Notes under the pieces: generated by a model
What the model saw: the letters and a program-made list of their open reading frames with translations, nothing else
Told to the model about the DNA's origin: nothing
The model's database searches: none
Position numbers and translations under genes: made by a program
Shown here: positions 40,575 to 54,036 of the stretch, piece after piece
How positions within the stretch are numbered: position 1 is the first letter of the stretch
Layout of the letters: each line of letters starts with the position of its first letter
Source: Geosiphon pyriformis uo1
Taxonomy: Eukaryota > Fungi > Glomeromycota
Reading direction: 5' to 3'
Assembly: GCA_016748015.1 (NCBI GenBank)
Contig: JAAOMT010000295.1
Coordinates: 1-64,000 of the forward strand
DNA: 64,000 nt

Positions 40575-41803
40575 CTAACCTTTAGAAAAATCAACCATCT
40601 GCGCAGTTAAAAGACGACTTGAATAAACTGCTCCTGGATGAATTGTTACTGTTGTCATTTTTGTTGTTGTAGAGCCGTTCTTCAACATTTCTTCTACGTA
40701 TTTATCTGACTTCTAAATTCGGAATTCGTGTACAAAAGTTTATACAACTCGTCTATGAGTTCTCTGGTATTAGGATGATTCTCAGGATTAGGATCCCAAC
40801 ACTTTAGGATTACCAGCCTTAGTAAAATTTTTCTCCTCTTAAAACTTCCGGTGAAATGTATTTGAATCACTCCATATGTCTTTTTTTCTTTCGCATCTTT
40901 ACCTCTTGTTGTAGGTTGACATAATCCGAGGTCTCCAATATTCACTTCATATGTTGCTAGTTGTAGGATGTTGCCCAAGTGTAGGTCATGATGAATCATA
41001 GCAGAAGAATGAATTGAATCAAGTCCATAAGCTATTCTCTCTGCGATCATTAATTTTTATATTCCCAATTAGTAGAATGAAAATTTGTTGATAAATATTT
41101 TCGCATATGTCCATGTTCGGCAAACTCCATCACAATTCTATACTCGGGTGTTTTAGCGTTTTGCGTAATCCCAAATATTGAAGAGATATAATATGAGTAG
41201 TTACCGTTATTATTAATAAACATAGCTCTTTGAATATTTAAATATCAACACAGTGTAAAAAAGTAAATAGATAATATATACGGTAAATAAATAATAGGTA
41301 AATATGAATTAAATATAAAAAAATATAAATTTAACTAATAATAGTTTGTTTACCTCTTTAAACACTTCTGAACTGTTAGTTTTTATAATTTTTATTGCTT
41401 ACTTCTCTGTCTTTTTCTTCTCTTTTATATTCCACCTTTCATATTCCATTTCACCATGATATTTTTATACTCAATAGATCAATTAATCCATTAGCCCCAT
41501 GTTGCTTTATAAATTATACCGAATCCTCCTCTAGCAATTTCGTTGATATTCGACAAAAGCTCCCATGGAATCCATTCATACCTCCATTTTTATTATAGTG
41601 ATTAGGTGGAATATAAATTAGATTCTTAATTATTTCATCCACTTCGTTATTGCCGCTTGAAAAGTTGTGGTAAATTTTTTCAAGAAATATGAGCATGTAG
41701 CGCAGTCATTCAATTCATTTCTTAGAATATTATCTTGACACACTGAAGATTCGTTACAATCATGAGTATACGGACGATTTCTTTTGATTTCTTTATTTCC
41801 CAT
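40575..41803 (-). pseudogene. Protein kinase pseudogene (tyrosine-kinase-like family expanded in Glomeromycotina)
   Basis: SSGNNEVDEIIK, EWIPW, a degenerate GGFG loop, an intron near 41250-41352, FGITQ, HHDLHLGNIL, IGDLGLCQP, CWDPNPENHP and HPGAVYSSRLL lie in several frames; frameshifts and a deletion in subdomains VIII-X. Confidence 0.85.
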
Positions 41804-42822
41804 GGGTGTGAATAAGTGCGGATAAAATGGGAATAGGTTATTATTGGAATGTTGATAAATTAAAGGTTTTCTTTGAAAAGTTTTTATTTATGTTGTTTCT
41901 ATAGTCTAAACAAATCAATTTATTAACAAATTTGAGTAGCCCTGGTATACAAAAAGTTTGCAATTGTCTCATCGTATTGTTGGCTAAAATGACTAGTTCA
42001 ATTTGTTTGTAGAACAATAACCGTAACGCACAGTTGCGCACGATCCACGTCTAATGCGTCGTGCGAAAATAGTCGGTGGGTCTTGAGCAAAACAAAAAAA
42101 ATACTGTATAATTTAAACCAATTTTTAAGTTCTGCTTTAATAATTACATTTTTGTTATTGGAGTTTGTTTAACACTAAAACAAAAAGTTTTTATTAACGT
42201 CCACTTTAAGCTAATTTTAAATGCTTCAACTGTAAACTTTCGAATTTCTACTCTTATCAAATTAGTTTGGCTAATTTACCATTTCAAAATATTAAACTTA
42301 AACCTACAGTGAATGCATATTAGAATTAAGATTCAATAATAAAATTTAACGATTTGATCATTACACTACCATTTTCATAAAATAATATTTGATTTTTTAG
42401 TCAAAACTTTTAAATACCTAAAATAAGCAACCCGCCTCAAATTCGGTAGCCCTGTTTATTTTCAGGACTTTACAGTATGTAGAAAATATTGGTTTATTTT
42501 TATCTCAAAAAATCAATTAGAAAATATTCTGAATTTATGTTTCTCAAATTCTAAAAAATATAATACGTTTAATAATGTATAAATAATCATTAACTATAGT
42601 ATTTGAACAACTTAATTAAAATAAAATAAAGATTATTATCTTAAACAAATATATTTTTGTAAATTAACAAAATTTAAAACTATTTCTATTATTCCAATAA
42701 AATTTTATGCATACACATTATTTTAAGAATATTATAAATTCAAATAACAAACAAACAAATTAAGTAAAAATCTTTTAAATAAATAAAAAAAATTTAATAA
42801 TTAAATAATTGCAAATATTGAT

Positions 42823-42832
42823 ATTATTATTA

Positions 42833-42915
<83 letters not shown>

Positions 42916-42921
42916 CATTAT
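42823..42921. repeat. (TAT)n microsatellite
   Basis: Visible directly. Confidence 0.95.
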
Positions 42922-43467
42922 TTTCTCAACAGGTTATCAAAATTAACAAGTTAAAAATAAAATCAGAAAAATTCTAAATAATTATTACAAAGATGTAATT
43001 AAATATATTTATATAATAGCTTTCATTTTAAAATGAATTGCTAACTTAATTATTGATCAATTATTAAATTAATTGTTTATTTAATTGCTAATATAATCAT
43101 CAAATTTTTTTATAAATATATAAAACAAGCTTGTAAAATAATTTTGACTTAATAACAAATAATTTTTTTTTACCACATTAATTAATTTTTAAAAGTGTTT
43201 TTATAATTTGTTTTGTAATAAAAATATTAGACATTTAATATTCTATATTTTATTAACAATTTCAAATTAGTTAAAATTAATTAATGTTTTTGGTAAATAT
43301 TTATATATTACCAATTTTCTGTTTTCAATTATTTATTAACTTTTTATTTTAATCTGTACATAAAATATTTTGCTCTGAAAACAGTTAAAAAAAATTTATC
43401 TTGTTAAATTATAGTTTAATTAATTATTGAAATTAATTTTCTACAAATATCTAACAGAAATATTTGG

Positions 43468-43572
43468 TTTTTTTATTATTTTTTTATTGCTAATACAGAG
43501 CGCAATCGATTTACATATGTTCTGTTTTAAACATTGCGCATGCGCTTTTTACACGTGACCAGCCACCCGATT
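43468..43572 (-). mobile_element. LINE-family 3' terminus (conserved 3' UTR motif plus A/TAA tail)
   Basis: Minus strand TCGGGTGGCTGGTCACGTGTAAAAAGCGCATG matches 38557-38588; CTGTATT and an A/TAA-rich tail follow at similar spacing. Confidence 0.7.
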
Positions 43573-46500
43573 TATTTTATTAATAATTCATTACTTTGTT
43601 TTTAAATTATTGTTGATCATCGTAATTTATTTTGTTTAATAAAAATTTTAAAAAATACTATTAATATTTTTTTGTGTTATCACAAAAAGTAATTATTCCT
43701 TGAAATTTAATATAAAATTATTAAGAAAAAACAATTAAAATATTTTATTGGTTTAAAGCTAAAAAGTATACAGCTAATAATATTCATATTTGAATAAACA
43801 TAATTATATTATTTATTCGAAAGAATTTCGATATTATAATAAGTTGCTTAAATACATTTAAAACGTTTTTATCAAAATGCAAATTTTAACTTTAGCAACT
43901 TTTCTAAACAGTTACAAATTTAAATAAAAACAAAAACCTGAAAATTTTTTTAAAGAAATTTTATGACTATTCAAATATTTTCTATTAATTCAAATATTTA
44001 TTGCAAAGAACTTGACATTTTGAAGATAGTAAATTATTTTTAATTTGAGACTTTAAATGTTGCAAAATATTAATATTATTAAAACTAAAATTATTCAATA
44101 TCTGAAAATTAATATAAAAAAAACAAGAAAACCAAATTGAAAAATATTTCACATTAATTTATTATTTTTATTTTAATAGACAAAATATAAAAAGTTGATT
44201 AGTATACTATTAGCTATTAGACTAATTTTTATTGCTAAAATCTTGAAAAAGTACACAAAACTTACAATTATATACAATTTTTATTTAACCATATGCAAAA
44301 TAGCTATTTCGCAAATTTCAGGAATTACAACTTTTACAAATAATTTTATAAAAATGATTGTCTTAAAAAACATTATAAATATAAAAAAGTTAATGTTCTT
44401 AATAATATTTATTTTTTTATTTTAATAATATTGTTCAATGTAAAAGAAAAGAATTAGATAATTGAATTTCAAACAAAAAATTATATCATTGGTTTTCTTA
44501 TATTTAATGAAAAAAAATCTGATTTTTAGAATTTGATATTTAAAATAATTAATATCAAACAAAAATTGAGACTTAATAATACATTAATAATTATTAAAAA
44601 TTTTAATTAAAATTTGAACAGTTAAATTAAAATTGAGCAAATTAATACCTTATATAGTATATATACATAATTAATATTAAACATATTTATAGAATTTAAT
44701 GTTTTTAATTTTAAACTAGTTGAAACAAAAAATGTATATAGAAACTAAAATTATATATTAAAAATATTAATATTGTTAATTTTATAAAAACAATATAAAA
44801 ATTTAAGTTACATTCAAATATTATTTTTGTTTAAGGGAAAATTTTTTTCAAAAAAATAAATTAGTCAAGATTGAAAAAAAGTATTATATGTTAATAGGTT
44901 ATACAAATACAAACAAAATAACAAAAATAACAATAATTGATGAAATTTGATACAAACCAAAATTTCTGCACAAATATGATTTATGTTATGTTATATTGAT
45001 AACAATTTATGACTTTGCAATGCAAAATATTTTTATTAATTTAAAAATTGATATTTGTAAACTGAAGATTATATTAAAGTGTTTGATTGGTTTATATGAC
45101 CTCATTTTCAATTTTCAACAGTTTAAATTTGGTATTTTTAAAGAAATAGCTTTTTTTGTGTGTCTCGTGCACGTAGACTAAACAAAGTACACATATTTTT
45201 AACAGAATCACTTTTTTCCATTGTTTTGAAGTTTTTTGAATTTGAATAGCAGTTAAATTTTTCTAAATTGAATTAAATAAAAAATATATTGTTCAAAATA
45301 AATTGTCGACTACCTGACTTTGCCTTTTCATTAAAGCTTTTAATATTTTTTTGGAATAAACATACAACTTGTCGAGTCGAATATCCTTCTATATAAAGAA
45401 CGTAAATAAGAGAATATTTTTCGAGAAAATTTGAGGCATTTGGAATTTAATAATATACTATTAGTACCAAGTTGTATTAGGACGATATTTTTTTTAGATT
45501 TGTACTAGAACTATCATTGTATAATTTACTTTTATGTCTAGATAATTAAATAAGTCTCCTTTTTCTGTGTACAACTTGATTTGAAAATTCAATTTTTTTT
45601 TTCATTGTTCTATTTCTTTTGTGAGCCTTATATATTCCGAAAGGTATTGATTATTGCTAATTCATTTTTTTTAAAAGCAGATAAATCCTGGATTTCGGAT
45701 ATCTCACCAAAAAAATGCTGAATATATTTCCTCAAAGTTTTTCTTTTCCAATTTGGAGTAGCTTCAAAAGTATTATCATTTGCCATTTTAATGAAAAATG
45801 GAATAAAAATAAGTTTTAAATAATCTTTTTATTTGAAAATTAACCTGTTATAATGAAGTGAGATGTAAAAAATTTACAAAATTAACATTATTACAAATCT
45901 TTAACATATCTGTAAATTTAATAACAAAACTGATCAAAACAAGCAGTGAAAGCACTCTTTTTATGGAATAAATCAAAAAATAAACTTTTACAAAAAGCGA
46001 TTTCTTTTTATGGCAAACGGAAAATTTTGAAGGGAACATCAGAAAAAATTTTTATTTTCTATGTGATTTCTAAAGGAAAAAAAATTTTATAGATTTATTG
46101 TTACACAGATTTGGCAAATTCATAGCTGAGAAAACAAAACCATATCAATATGAAAGAATTTTGCCAGCAAGAATTGAGTTAACATTAAATATTAAAGACT
46201 ATATTGAAATTGTGGTAAAGCATATGGTTCTTTGAACTGCTCTATTTACATAAACATTGTTTTTAAAGTTATGATTTTTTTCTGCTCTGATTATTATGCT
46301 TACATTTATAAGCGTCACTTCTTCAAGCATGATATATTGAGATCCTTTAATTTTTATTTTTTACAAAACAAAGTTCAGATTTTCAAGTACCCAGCCAAAT
46401 GTGTATTTTTTTTAAAGGAATAGGTGCTTATCAGTAGTCAAATTGACTTTAGGTTTTTTCGCTTCATAAATGTATATTTCCGGATTTTTTTTCTGATCAA

Positions 46501-47790
46501 TTTTTTTTTTATTAGTTTTAAAATAATCTTTTTTATCGAGGAAAAGAGATCCTCATAATGAATTACTCTTAAAGGTGCAATTCAATTTGTGTGTGCATAG
46601 ATGCTACATGAATGCTACATAATCAACATCATTAATGCTTAGTATAAACTTTCGAGCCCATTTAAGGCACAAAATTATTTCAAAGGGAAAGATAACTTCA
46701 TTCATTCTTCTTATGAATGGCATTCATTAACTTCCTTTTAAGAAATGATTTAAAAGAAAGGGGTTTCTTTGAATTAAATATCATGATAAATGAATGAATG
46801 AATAAATAAAAGGAAGCATAATTTATTATCTATAAACGCAGGCAACCTATTAATGTAATTATGGAAAAAGGGGTTACATTTTTGTCAAGGGCTCTTTAGG
46901 CGCAAATTAGACTATCAGAGGAGTAGTGAAGATATCGAATTCAAAAGGAAAATTTGATTACCTTTTTTCCTAGATCTTTATTGGAACGTTCAGTACATGA
47001 CCTTACTTACTGAATTATTGGCTGTTAAAAGCATTGGATACGAAGAGAATTGGTGTACTATAATTTAAAAGTAAATTATTTATTTAAATATATATTCACC
47101 ATAAGTAAGTTCGCATTGTCTTCAAGTATTCTATTCTGAAATGAATAATCCTTCGGTTGATATTTTCACTACCGCTTAAATCGCACACTTGTATGTGAGG
47201 TAATTTGCTCTTTTTTTGGCTCTATAATCCATTTTTAGAATGAAATGGGGTCTTTGGAGGTCAGTATGTGGAAATAGAACTTTACGGGGGGAATGTGGTT
47301 TGGGCAAAACGGATGGTAAAATTCCGAGTTCTAGTTTAATTTACAATTTATAAAAAAGAAGTCTATATTATTAAATATATCTTATGTATGTAAACATATT
47401 TGAATTTCTTACAATTGCTTTTTTTATCTTATTATTTACAGAACAAATTATTTGATCGAATCATAAACTTAATTAAAATTAAATAGATTTTATATCTAAA
47501 AAATTCTAGTCTATTTAATTAGTATATTTGATACGTGGAAACCGAATAAAAATTAAATCGAAAGTAAAACGAATGTCTTCAGCGCAGTGAAATAGAACCG
47601 AAAAAACGTAAAAAAAAAACCTTTTTAAACTGCTGTAGAATCGAAATAAAAATAGAAAGTGATAATCGAAAGAACAGAACGAAGGAGCAGAACAAAAAAA
47701 AAGGTAAAAAGACAAAATTTTTTAAAATAACGTAAAATCGACAAAAATATTAAAAGTAAGTGTAAGCGTGTAGTGTCGAAAAGACGAGTT

Positions 47791-48381
47791 TTATAAAAAA
47801 AATTGTGAGTAATCAATACTAAAATTTTCAAAATTAATTTTGAAATAGTTTGTCTGCCTTAAAATTTCAAAAAGTGATACGAATTCATCCTGGAGAGCTG
47901 GGTAGAAATCAATCTCAGCAGCAATGGCCACGTGATATAAATCAAATATTTCATTATCGACTGGAATTTCTGGAATAAACACAGGAGTGGAAGAGAAATC
48001 AATCCCGCCAGTATGGACCTGATATAAATTAATTGTCTCATTGGAGACTGGAATGGACATACGATGCGAAATTTGATTTGCAATAAGTCTATAAACATTC
48101 TTAGCATCTTCATTAAAGTCCTCTCATAATTTTGAAGCCTCCTTTGAGAGTTGTCGCATTGAAAGTTGAAATCCAATTCCCAGGAGTTCTCTGTAAAGTT
48201 TGTTTCGAAAGAGAATAAAAGCATTGACTAATTTTCTCTCTTCGAGTAAAGAGGAATATTCTGCAATTATGGGTCTTGAAAGGGCAGGTTTTAAAGCTTC
48301 TAATTGCTCAGTAGTTGGAAGGTTTTGGATTCCTCTAGGATTTCTTGTCAGTGGCAAGGCCCAATAGTGTATTTTATACAT
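47791..48381 (-). pseudogene. MATA_HMG-type HMG-box transcription factor gene with one nonsense codon (TGA 48124-48126 at the conserved Trp)
   Basis: KLVNAFILFRNKLY...MRQLSKEASKL*EDFNEDAKNVYRLIA; ORFs 48124-48381 and 47791-48060 share a frame, giving 196 codons on read-through. Confidence 0.85.
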
Positions 48382-50469
48382 TGAGAATTTGAGATGAGTA
48401 AAATAAAAAAAGCTTGTTAGGAAGCCTGAGTTTTATGTTTTTTTTATCATAATGTCGTTATTACACACGGCTTTGATATAAAATTTTTTGTAAAATATTT
48501 TTCAAATCCCATGTGAAAAAATAGCATAGAAATTCATTTGTTTTTCAATTGGTGAAACAGCGCATTTCATTTGATTTCACTTCAACATTCTACAGAAAAG
48601 ATTAGGATTAATAAAAAATTGTAATGAGTTACTTCTTGGGCTAAGTAATCGGGATATTCAATATTTTACCTTACTTTAGTTTTCTCTTTACCATAAAGTA
48701 AGTGAACATAAAATTGGGCCATAAACATAAACATAATTCTTTAAAAGAATTCTTTGGAATAATTTTGTTAAATTTTTCTATTCCTACTTTTTTGGTATAT
48801 AAAGATTCTTGAGACACCAATACACTACGTAAAAATGGTTAAAAGTTCTCAAAGGTTTACATTAGAAAATTATTTGCTTTTAAATGAATGAAATTCGATC
48901 AAAAATATTTTGTGCGACAAAAAATCACTTCAAATTGATAATTACCATTTTTCAAATTGTATTTCAATGTTATCACCCCTATAAAGTAACTCCATATAAA
49001 TTTTAAGATTTGAGGAAGAGAAATTTACTTGCATAAACAACGCCATAATGACTTGAAAGAAGGTTTTGCTGTATTAAGAAATACATGAATGAGGATAAAT
49101 ATAAACGTTCCCATTAAATTTCTTATTGATTAGATTCAAATGAAAATTATCTTTTTAGAAAATTTTTGCTGCTTTTCAATCCCTTTCTCTAGAATTAGTA
49201 ACCATTTTCATTTGGTCATTTCAAAAATAGGGAGTTTTAAATCAAAATGTAATAAATTAAATGAACCATGAATAATTGGTTTGTGCCATATTACCTTATA
49301 TGGCTGTAAACATTTTTTTCAATAATTTTTTAAACCTTGTTTATTTTCACTATTTCAAATTTAGATTGATTTCAATTTTTTTTGTTTGAGATATACAGAT
49401 ATTAGATTGTAGGTGATAAAAAGAAATTCAATGTCTTTGGATTTCTTTGAACTCTAAAAAATAAAAAATGACAAATCATAATTTTAATTGGTCAAATGAC
49501 ACTTAATCTTCTTATAATTACTAGAATATTTCCATTGTAGAGCTGGTTTTTCTTACAGTCCCCATGAAATGGTCAATTGTAGAGAAATTTTTTCAAACAA
49601 TTTATGATGTGACTTTCGGCTAAATTTGTCATGTAAAATGTAAAAGCCCAAAAATCTAAATAAAAGTATTTAGTAATACACAGGCATCATAGTAATTTTT
49701 TGATTAATGTATTTTATATATTTAGTAGAGTTTTTGGCTATTTTGTACAAAATCAATCAATCAATCATTTAATGTAAAAAATAATGGGATAATTCATGCT
49801 AAAAAGCAATGTCTTTTTCAATTTGGTTATCTAAATAGAATAAAGCATTTGACATGACAAATTTCTTGGACACAATTAGAGTTTCCTAAATTTCAGAATT
49901 TTCATTTAGTTAATTTGAAATACTTTAAATGTAAATACATTAATGTGATGTCTAAATCTTTTCGTTTATTATCAAATTTTGTCATCTCACTTATTTTATT
50001 TGTTATTTAAAAAAAATTTATATTTTTAACTTCTGACCTAGGCATTACAAAAATACTTATGCCTTAATATCTTAAAATAATTATGTGGTGTTAAAAAAAT
50101 CAAAATTTACTTTTTATTCAGAATGAATTAAATTGATAATATGATATGAAATTGTTTTTCCTTTGGTAGTTTTGATATTAAAAATATTGTGAAATTGATA
50201 AAAATAATAAAACTTTGTGTTGAAAAATATTCATAGATAAATTTCTTGAGAGTTTTACTACTATTACTAGAATCTTTTTTCCAATATTACTGAAAGTTAT
50301 CCCATTATCTTATGCTTTGACAATTATAATTACTTGAAAATTTTGTTAAATTGTTTCAACTATAATTTTATATAAAGTCGTTGTATATATACGCTAGTCA
50401 ATATCTAAATTCTGAATTATGTAAAGTTTTTCATTCTGAGAATTTAATTAAAAATTTTAAATAACAAAA

Positions 50470-51794
50470 TTACATATAATCCCTATTTATAGTCGGCTCA
50501 TTCAATGCGCTATACGTTTCTAAATCAAAGTCTTCTAAATATTCTTGACTCAAGAGCTGAGAAAGCCAGTTAATTTTTCTTTTCAAATTTTTGATTTCAT
50601 CTGCATCAACTGCAAACATCGAATTATTGTTTAACTTTGATAACGGAGAATGAGATGGCAATCGATTAATTTGGAAATATGGAATATCAACGAATGTATC
50701 ATTTTGTAGGGACGAAGTCGAAGAAGGATTATGTGAAATGTCTCCATATTTAGACTCTAGTTTCATGCGGTTTTTCTTAGCGTCAGGGGAGCTTTTGAGA
50801 AGATATTTTTGGATAATGCCCCAAGACTTAAATTTCCCAGGACCAAAAAGAACTAACCATATTGTAGAAGTAAAGGTTAAAAAGCCACCGAAGGACGATA
50901 TGAAGTTAATCAAACTATAAGCTTTATTTTCCGTATATTTGGTGACCTTCGAAGATAATATTAAAATTTTAATTTGCGTTCTTGACAATGTTATGACCTT
51001 AGTTTAAATAATTTTGGTAGACTTACCAAAAAATCAGTTGGATAAAACCAAATTTCTAATATCAATGCATCATCTGTTAAATATTCTTTTATCTTTTCGC
51101 TCTCTGTATACCAATGACTATATCCTTCAACATCAACCCTCTCAATCACTTTGAACGTGTACTCATTCAAACTGCCGCCTTTCAAATCATATATGTTCTC
51201 CTCTTGATCATTATCAAGCCCTACATATGTAACAAATAAGAAACCAATTTTTGAATTTTTTGAATTAAAAATTTGACTGTTAAGGGTTTGTCGAGCAATC
51301 AACTGAGTTAGATTACGCCAAAATTTGATCCTAATAGATTCGATTCCTACTGGGTAATAAATTAATCTCGGGTCATTTAAGCGCTCGAATCTTAAACAAT
51401 TAGAGTTGTCAAGTCCTTCTAAAGGCTCCAATTTAACTCGCGTCGAATTCGATGATGTCCCATTAATAAAAATATAATCAGTATTTATATTATTATTATT
51501 ATTATTATTATTATCTACCATTTGATATTCTATTGTAATTTTCTCCACGTAATTAGTTACATTTTGTTTTATGCAAATAGATGCGTCTGGGACTGGAATA
51601 CCACTTTTAGATTTATCGTTAAGCAGAGAAATAGATATTAATGGTTCCTGGTTTTTAAATAGTTTTTTAAAGTTTGGAATTGATGCGACGATAATAAGTC
51701 CATAAAGAGTAATATAGACTAAAAGACGAAGCCTCATTTCTCGGTTTCGCTTTAAAAAGTTGAAACTTATTTTTTTAAACCATTTTGAAATCAT
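50470..51794 (-). CDS. Two-TM membrane protein, type A (DEG/ENaC/PAC-like topology), 414 aa, intact
   Basis: Exons 51027-51794 and 50470-50946, phase-0 intron 50947-51026. TM1 LLVYITLYGLIIVASIP; PLISIS...IPVPDASIC; YTENKAYSLINFISSFGG then TM2; FGPGKFKSWGIIQ. Confidence 0.85.
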
Positions 51795-52115
51795 GGTTTC
51801 TTTAGAATGATTTGGAGGAAGTATAGAGTGTTTTCGTATTAATAAAAAAGAGTAAGTATAAATGGAGAAAAGCTACAGTGTATATTGTGATATATAATGA
51901 TATCAAAAAAAAAAAATTCTCATTATATTAGGGCTGATAGGAAAAACTAGGGAAAACTATTAAAAGATAAAGTTGTTAAAGATCTTTTTGTTAAATGAAA
52001 TATACAGAAAATTTAAAAAATTGAATTTTCTATAAACATGTTTTTCTTGGGATAAATTAATCACGACAAGAATTAAATTTTGATTTGTTAGAGACAGGCA
52101 CAAATAAATACATTA

Positions 52116-52116
<1 letters not shown>

Positions 52117-52161
<45 letters not shown>
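52117..52161. repeat. (TTA)n microsatellite in the A/B divergent intergenic region
   Basis: Visible directly. Confidence 0.9.
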
Positions 52162-52163
<2 letters not shown>

Positions 52164-52660
52164 ATCTTCAGGAAAAAAATTCACCATGATAAATGGCCTA
52201 ATATCAATGACGAAAAACAGTTTATCTTGAGTAACCAAACAAATAAAATCAAAAAAAAACTATTTTTATTATCATAAATATTTTTACTTTCATTATAGTA
52301 TTAAACTTTTGAGCATTTATCCGATATAATCTTTGAATATCCAAAATTGTCATATTTGTCTTGGAAATCTCATGAAAACAACCTTTTCTTAATCGGATGA
52401 TTGATCCTCAAATTGTTTACTTGATGTTTCTACAAATCGCCTTTACAGAGAATTTCCAAAGGATTTTTATCTGACACCACCAAATTGAACAAGAAAAAAT
52501 TCTTATTAAACTCTCCATTTACTAAAATCCTTGAAGATTACAAGCAAATGTAACTTTAATCTCATATATTTTTGTAACTAAAACCCATTCAATTGAATTG
52601 CGTCTGCTTGATTTTTTCTCGGCTATTTTTTCCTTTACTCTGTACCAAATCCAATTTAAA

Positions 52661-54036
52661 ATGAAGGGTTGTCATTCGCTCCCAAAGTTAACCACCGAAC
52701 TAATAATTCGCTTCATATTGGGCATCAGTATTTTATTAATAATTGTCTTCATGACAATTCCCAACTTTTTCAAACTTTTGGTTCATCAAGACACATTAGT
52801 TTCAATCTCTATAAACAAGGATAAATCAGAAACTGGTATACCAGCACCAAATGCCCTACTCTGTCCAAATGAGACAATATTCCCTTATTTGAAGGGTGTA
52901 GAATTTAATACATTTGAATCGCAAGCAGAAAATTCAATCCTTCTTTCCTCTGTTTATATTGATTTACAGAATTATACATCATCCCCAGATGAAATACTGA
53001 CTTTAAGAGAAATAAATGAAAAGTCTAAATGTTTAGCTTTTGTTCCTGATGGTCGTTTGATATATACCTTAAAAGAACTTTCATTTGTTGAGCTCAATGT
53101 CTATCAAAATGAGCAAGTGAATAAAAACACCTTTGGGGAAAATGCAGAGTTTGGAACTATATGGGTGACCTATGATCCAGTCAATAACACCTATCAAGAG
53201 AGAGATTCAGTTAAAATTAAACTACACTATAAAACCAATATCGATTTAAATCCAACAGAAAGAATAGATGTGCATAAAAAAAGTCATTGGTATAAAAGCG
53301 TTCCAGAGCGTTTAGAAGAATTCCCGCTTCCCCAATCTTCTATTTCAGTTAAAATTCGGTTTTATCCGATTAATTTTCTGGTAAGTTTTGAAATAAAGAT
53401 TGATTATTTCAAAATTCAGGTTTTTATAACTATCTAATCTTTTAATGACTTCATTCGTGAAATTAGGTAACGCAATACACAGAAAAAAACGAGGTTACCT
53501 GGATTGATCTTTTTACTGGTATTGGTGGTTTATTTACATATGCCTCAGGATTGTGGAAATTATTATTTGGTCGTGGACGCTTTAAATCATGGGGTATTAT
53601 TCAACAATACATTCTCAAAACTGCACCAAACGCTAATAAACGAAGACGAGAAAAAATCCAAGATTCACCAATATTACCAATACAAACTTTTTCAAAGAAT
53701 CTCTATTCATCAAGCGAACAATCTCAGAGTGATACATTAAATAGCACCCCAACACTATTATATGTCTATAATTCTGGTAAACATTTTCGATGCAACTTCG
53801 ATAATACTAGCGAGAAATCCAGCATTAGTGGTGAAAGTTCATACTCAGAGAAAAGTATCCATTCTTGCAATCGCATACCAAAAATAGCTTTAGATTTTGG
53901 AAATACCGATGAACGAACGGTGGCAGATAATTTAAAGGTATTGCAAAGGGAAGTGAAATTAATTGAAAAACTGTTAAATAAAGAGTATTTAGAAGGATTT
54001 GATTTAGAAACTTTTGATAAGATAAATCGAATTTAA
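52661..54036 (+). CDS. Two-TM membrane protein, type B (paralog of A), 429 aa, intact
   Basis: Exons 52661-53380 and 53467-54036, phase-0 intron 53381-53466 at the same position as in A. TM1 FILGISILLIIVFMTIP; TLVSIS...IPAPNALLC; YTEKNEVTWIDLFTGIGG then TM2. Confidence 0.85.

Noticed and set aside
47791-48381. Mating-type locus
   Set aside because: MATA_HMG genes are highly multicopy in this group; no HD1/HD2 genes or TPT/RNA helicase flanks present
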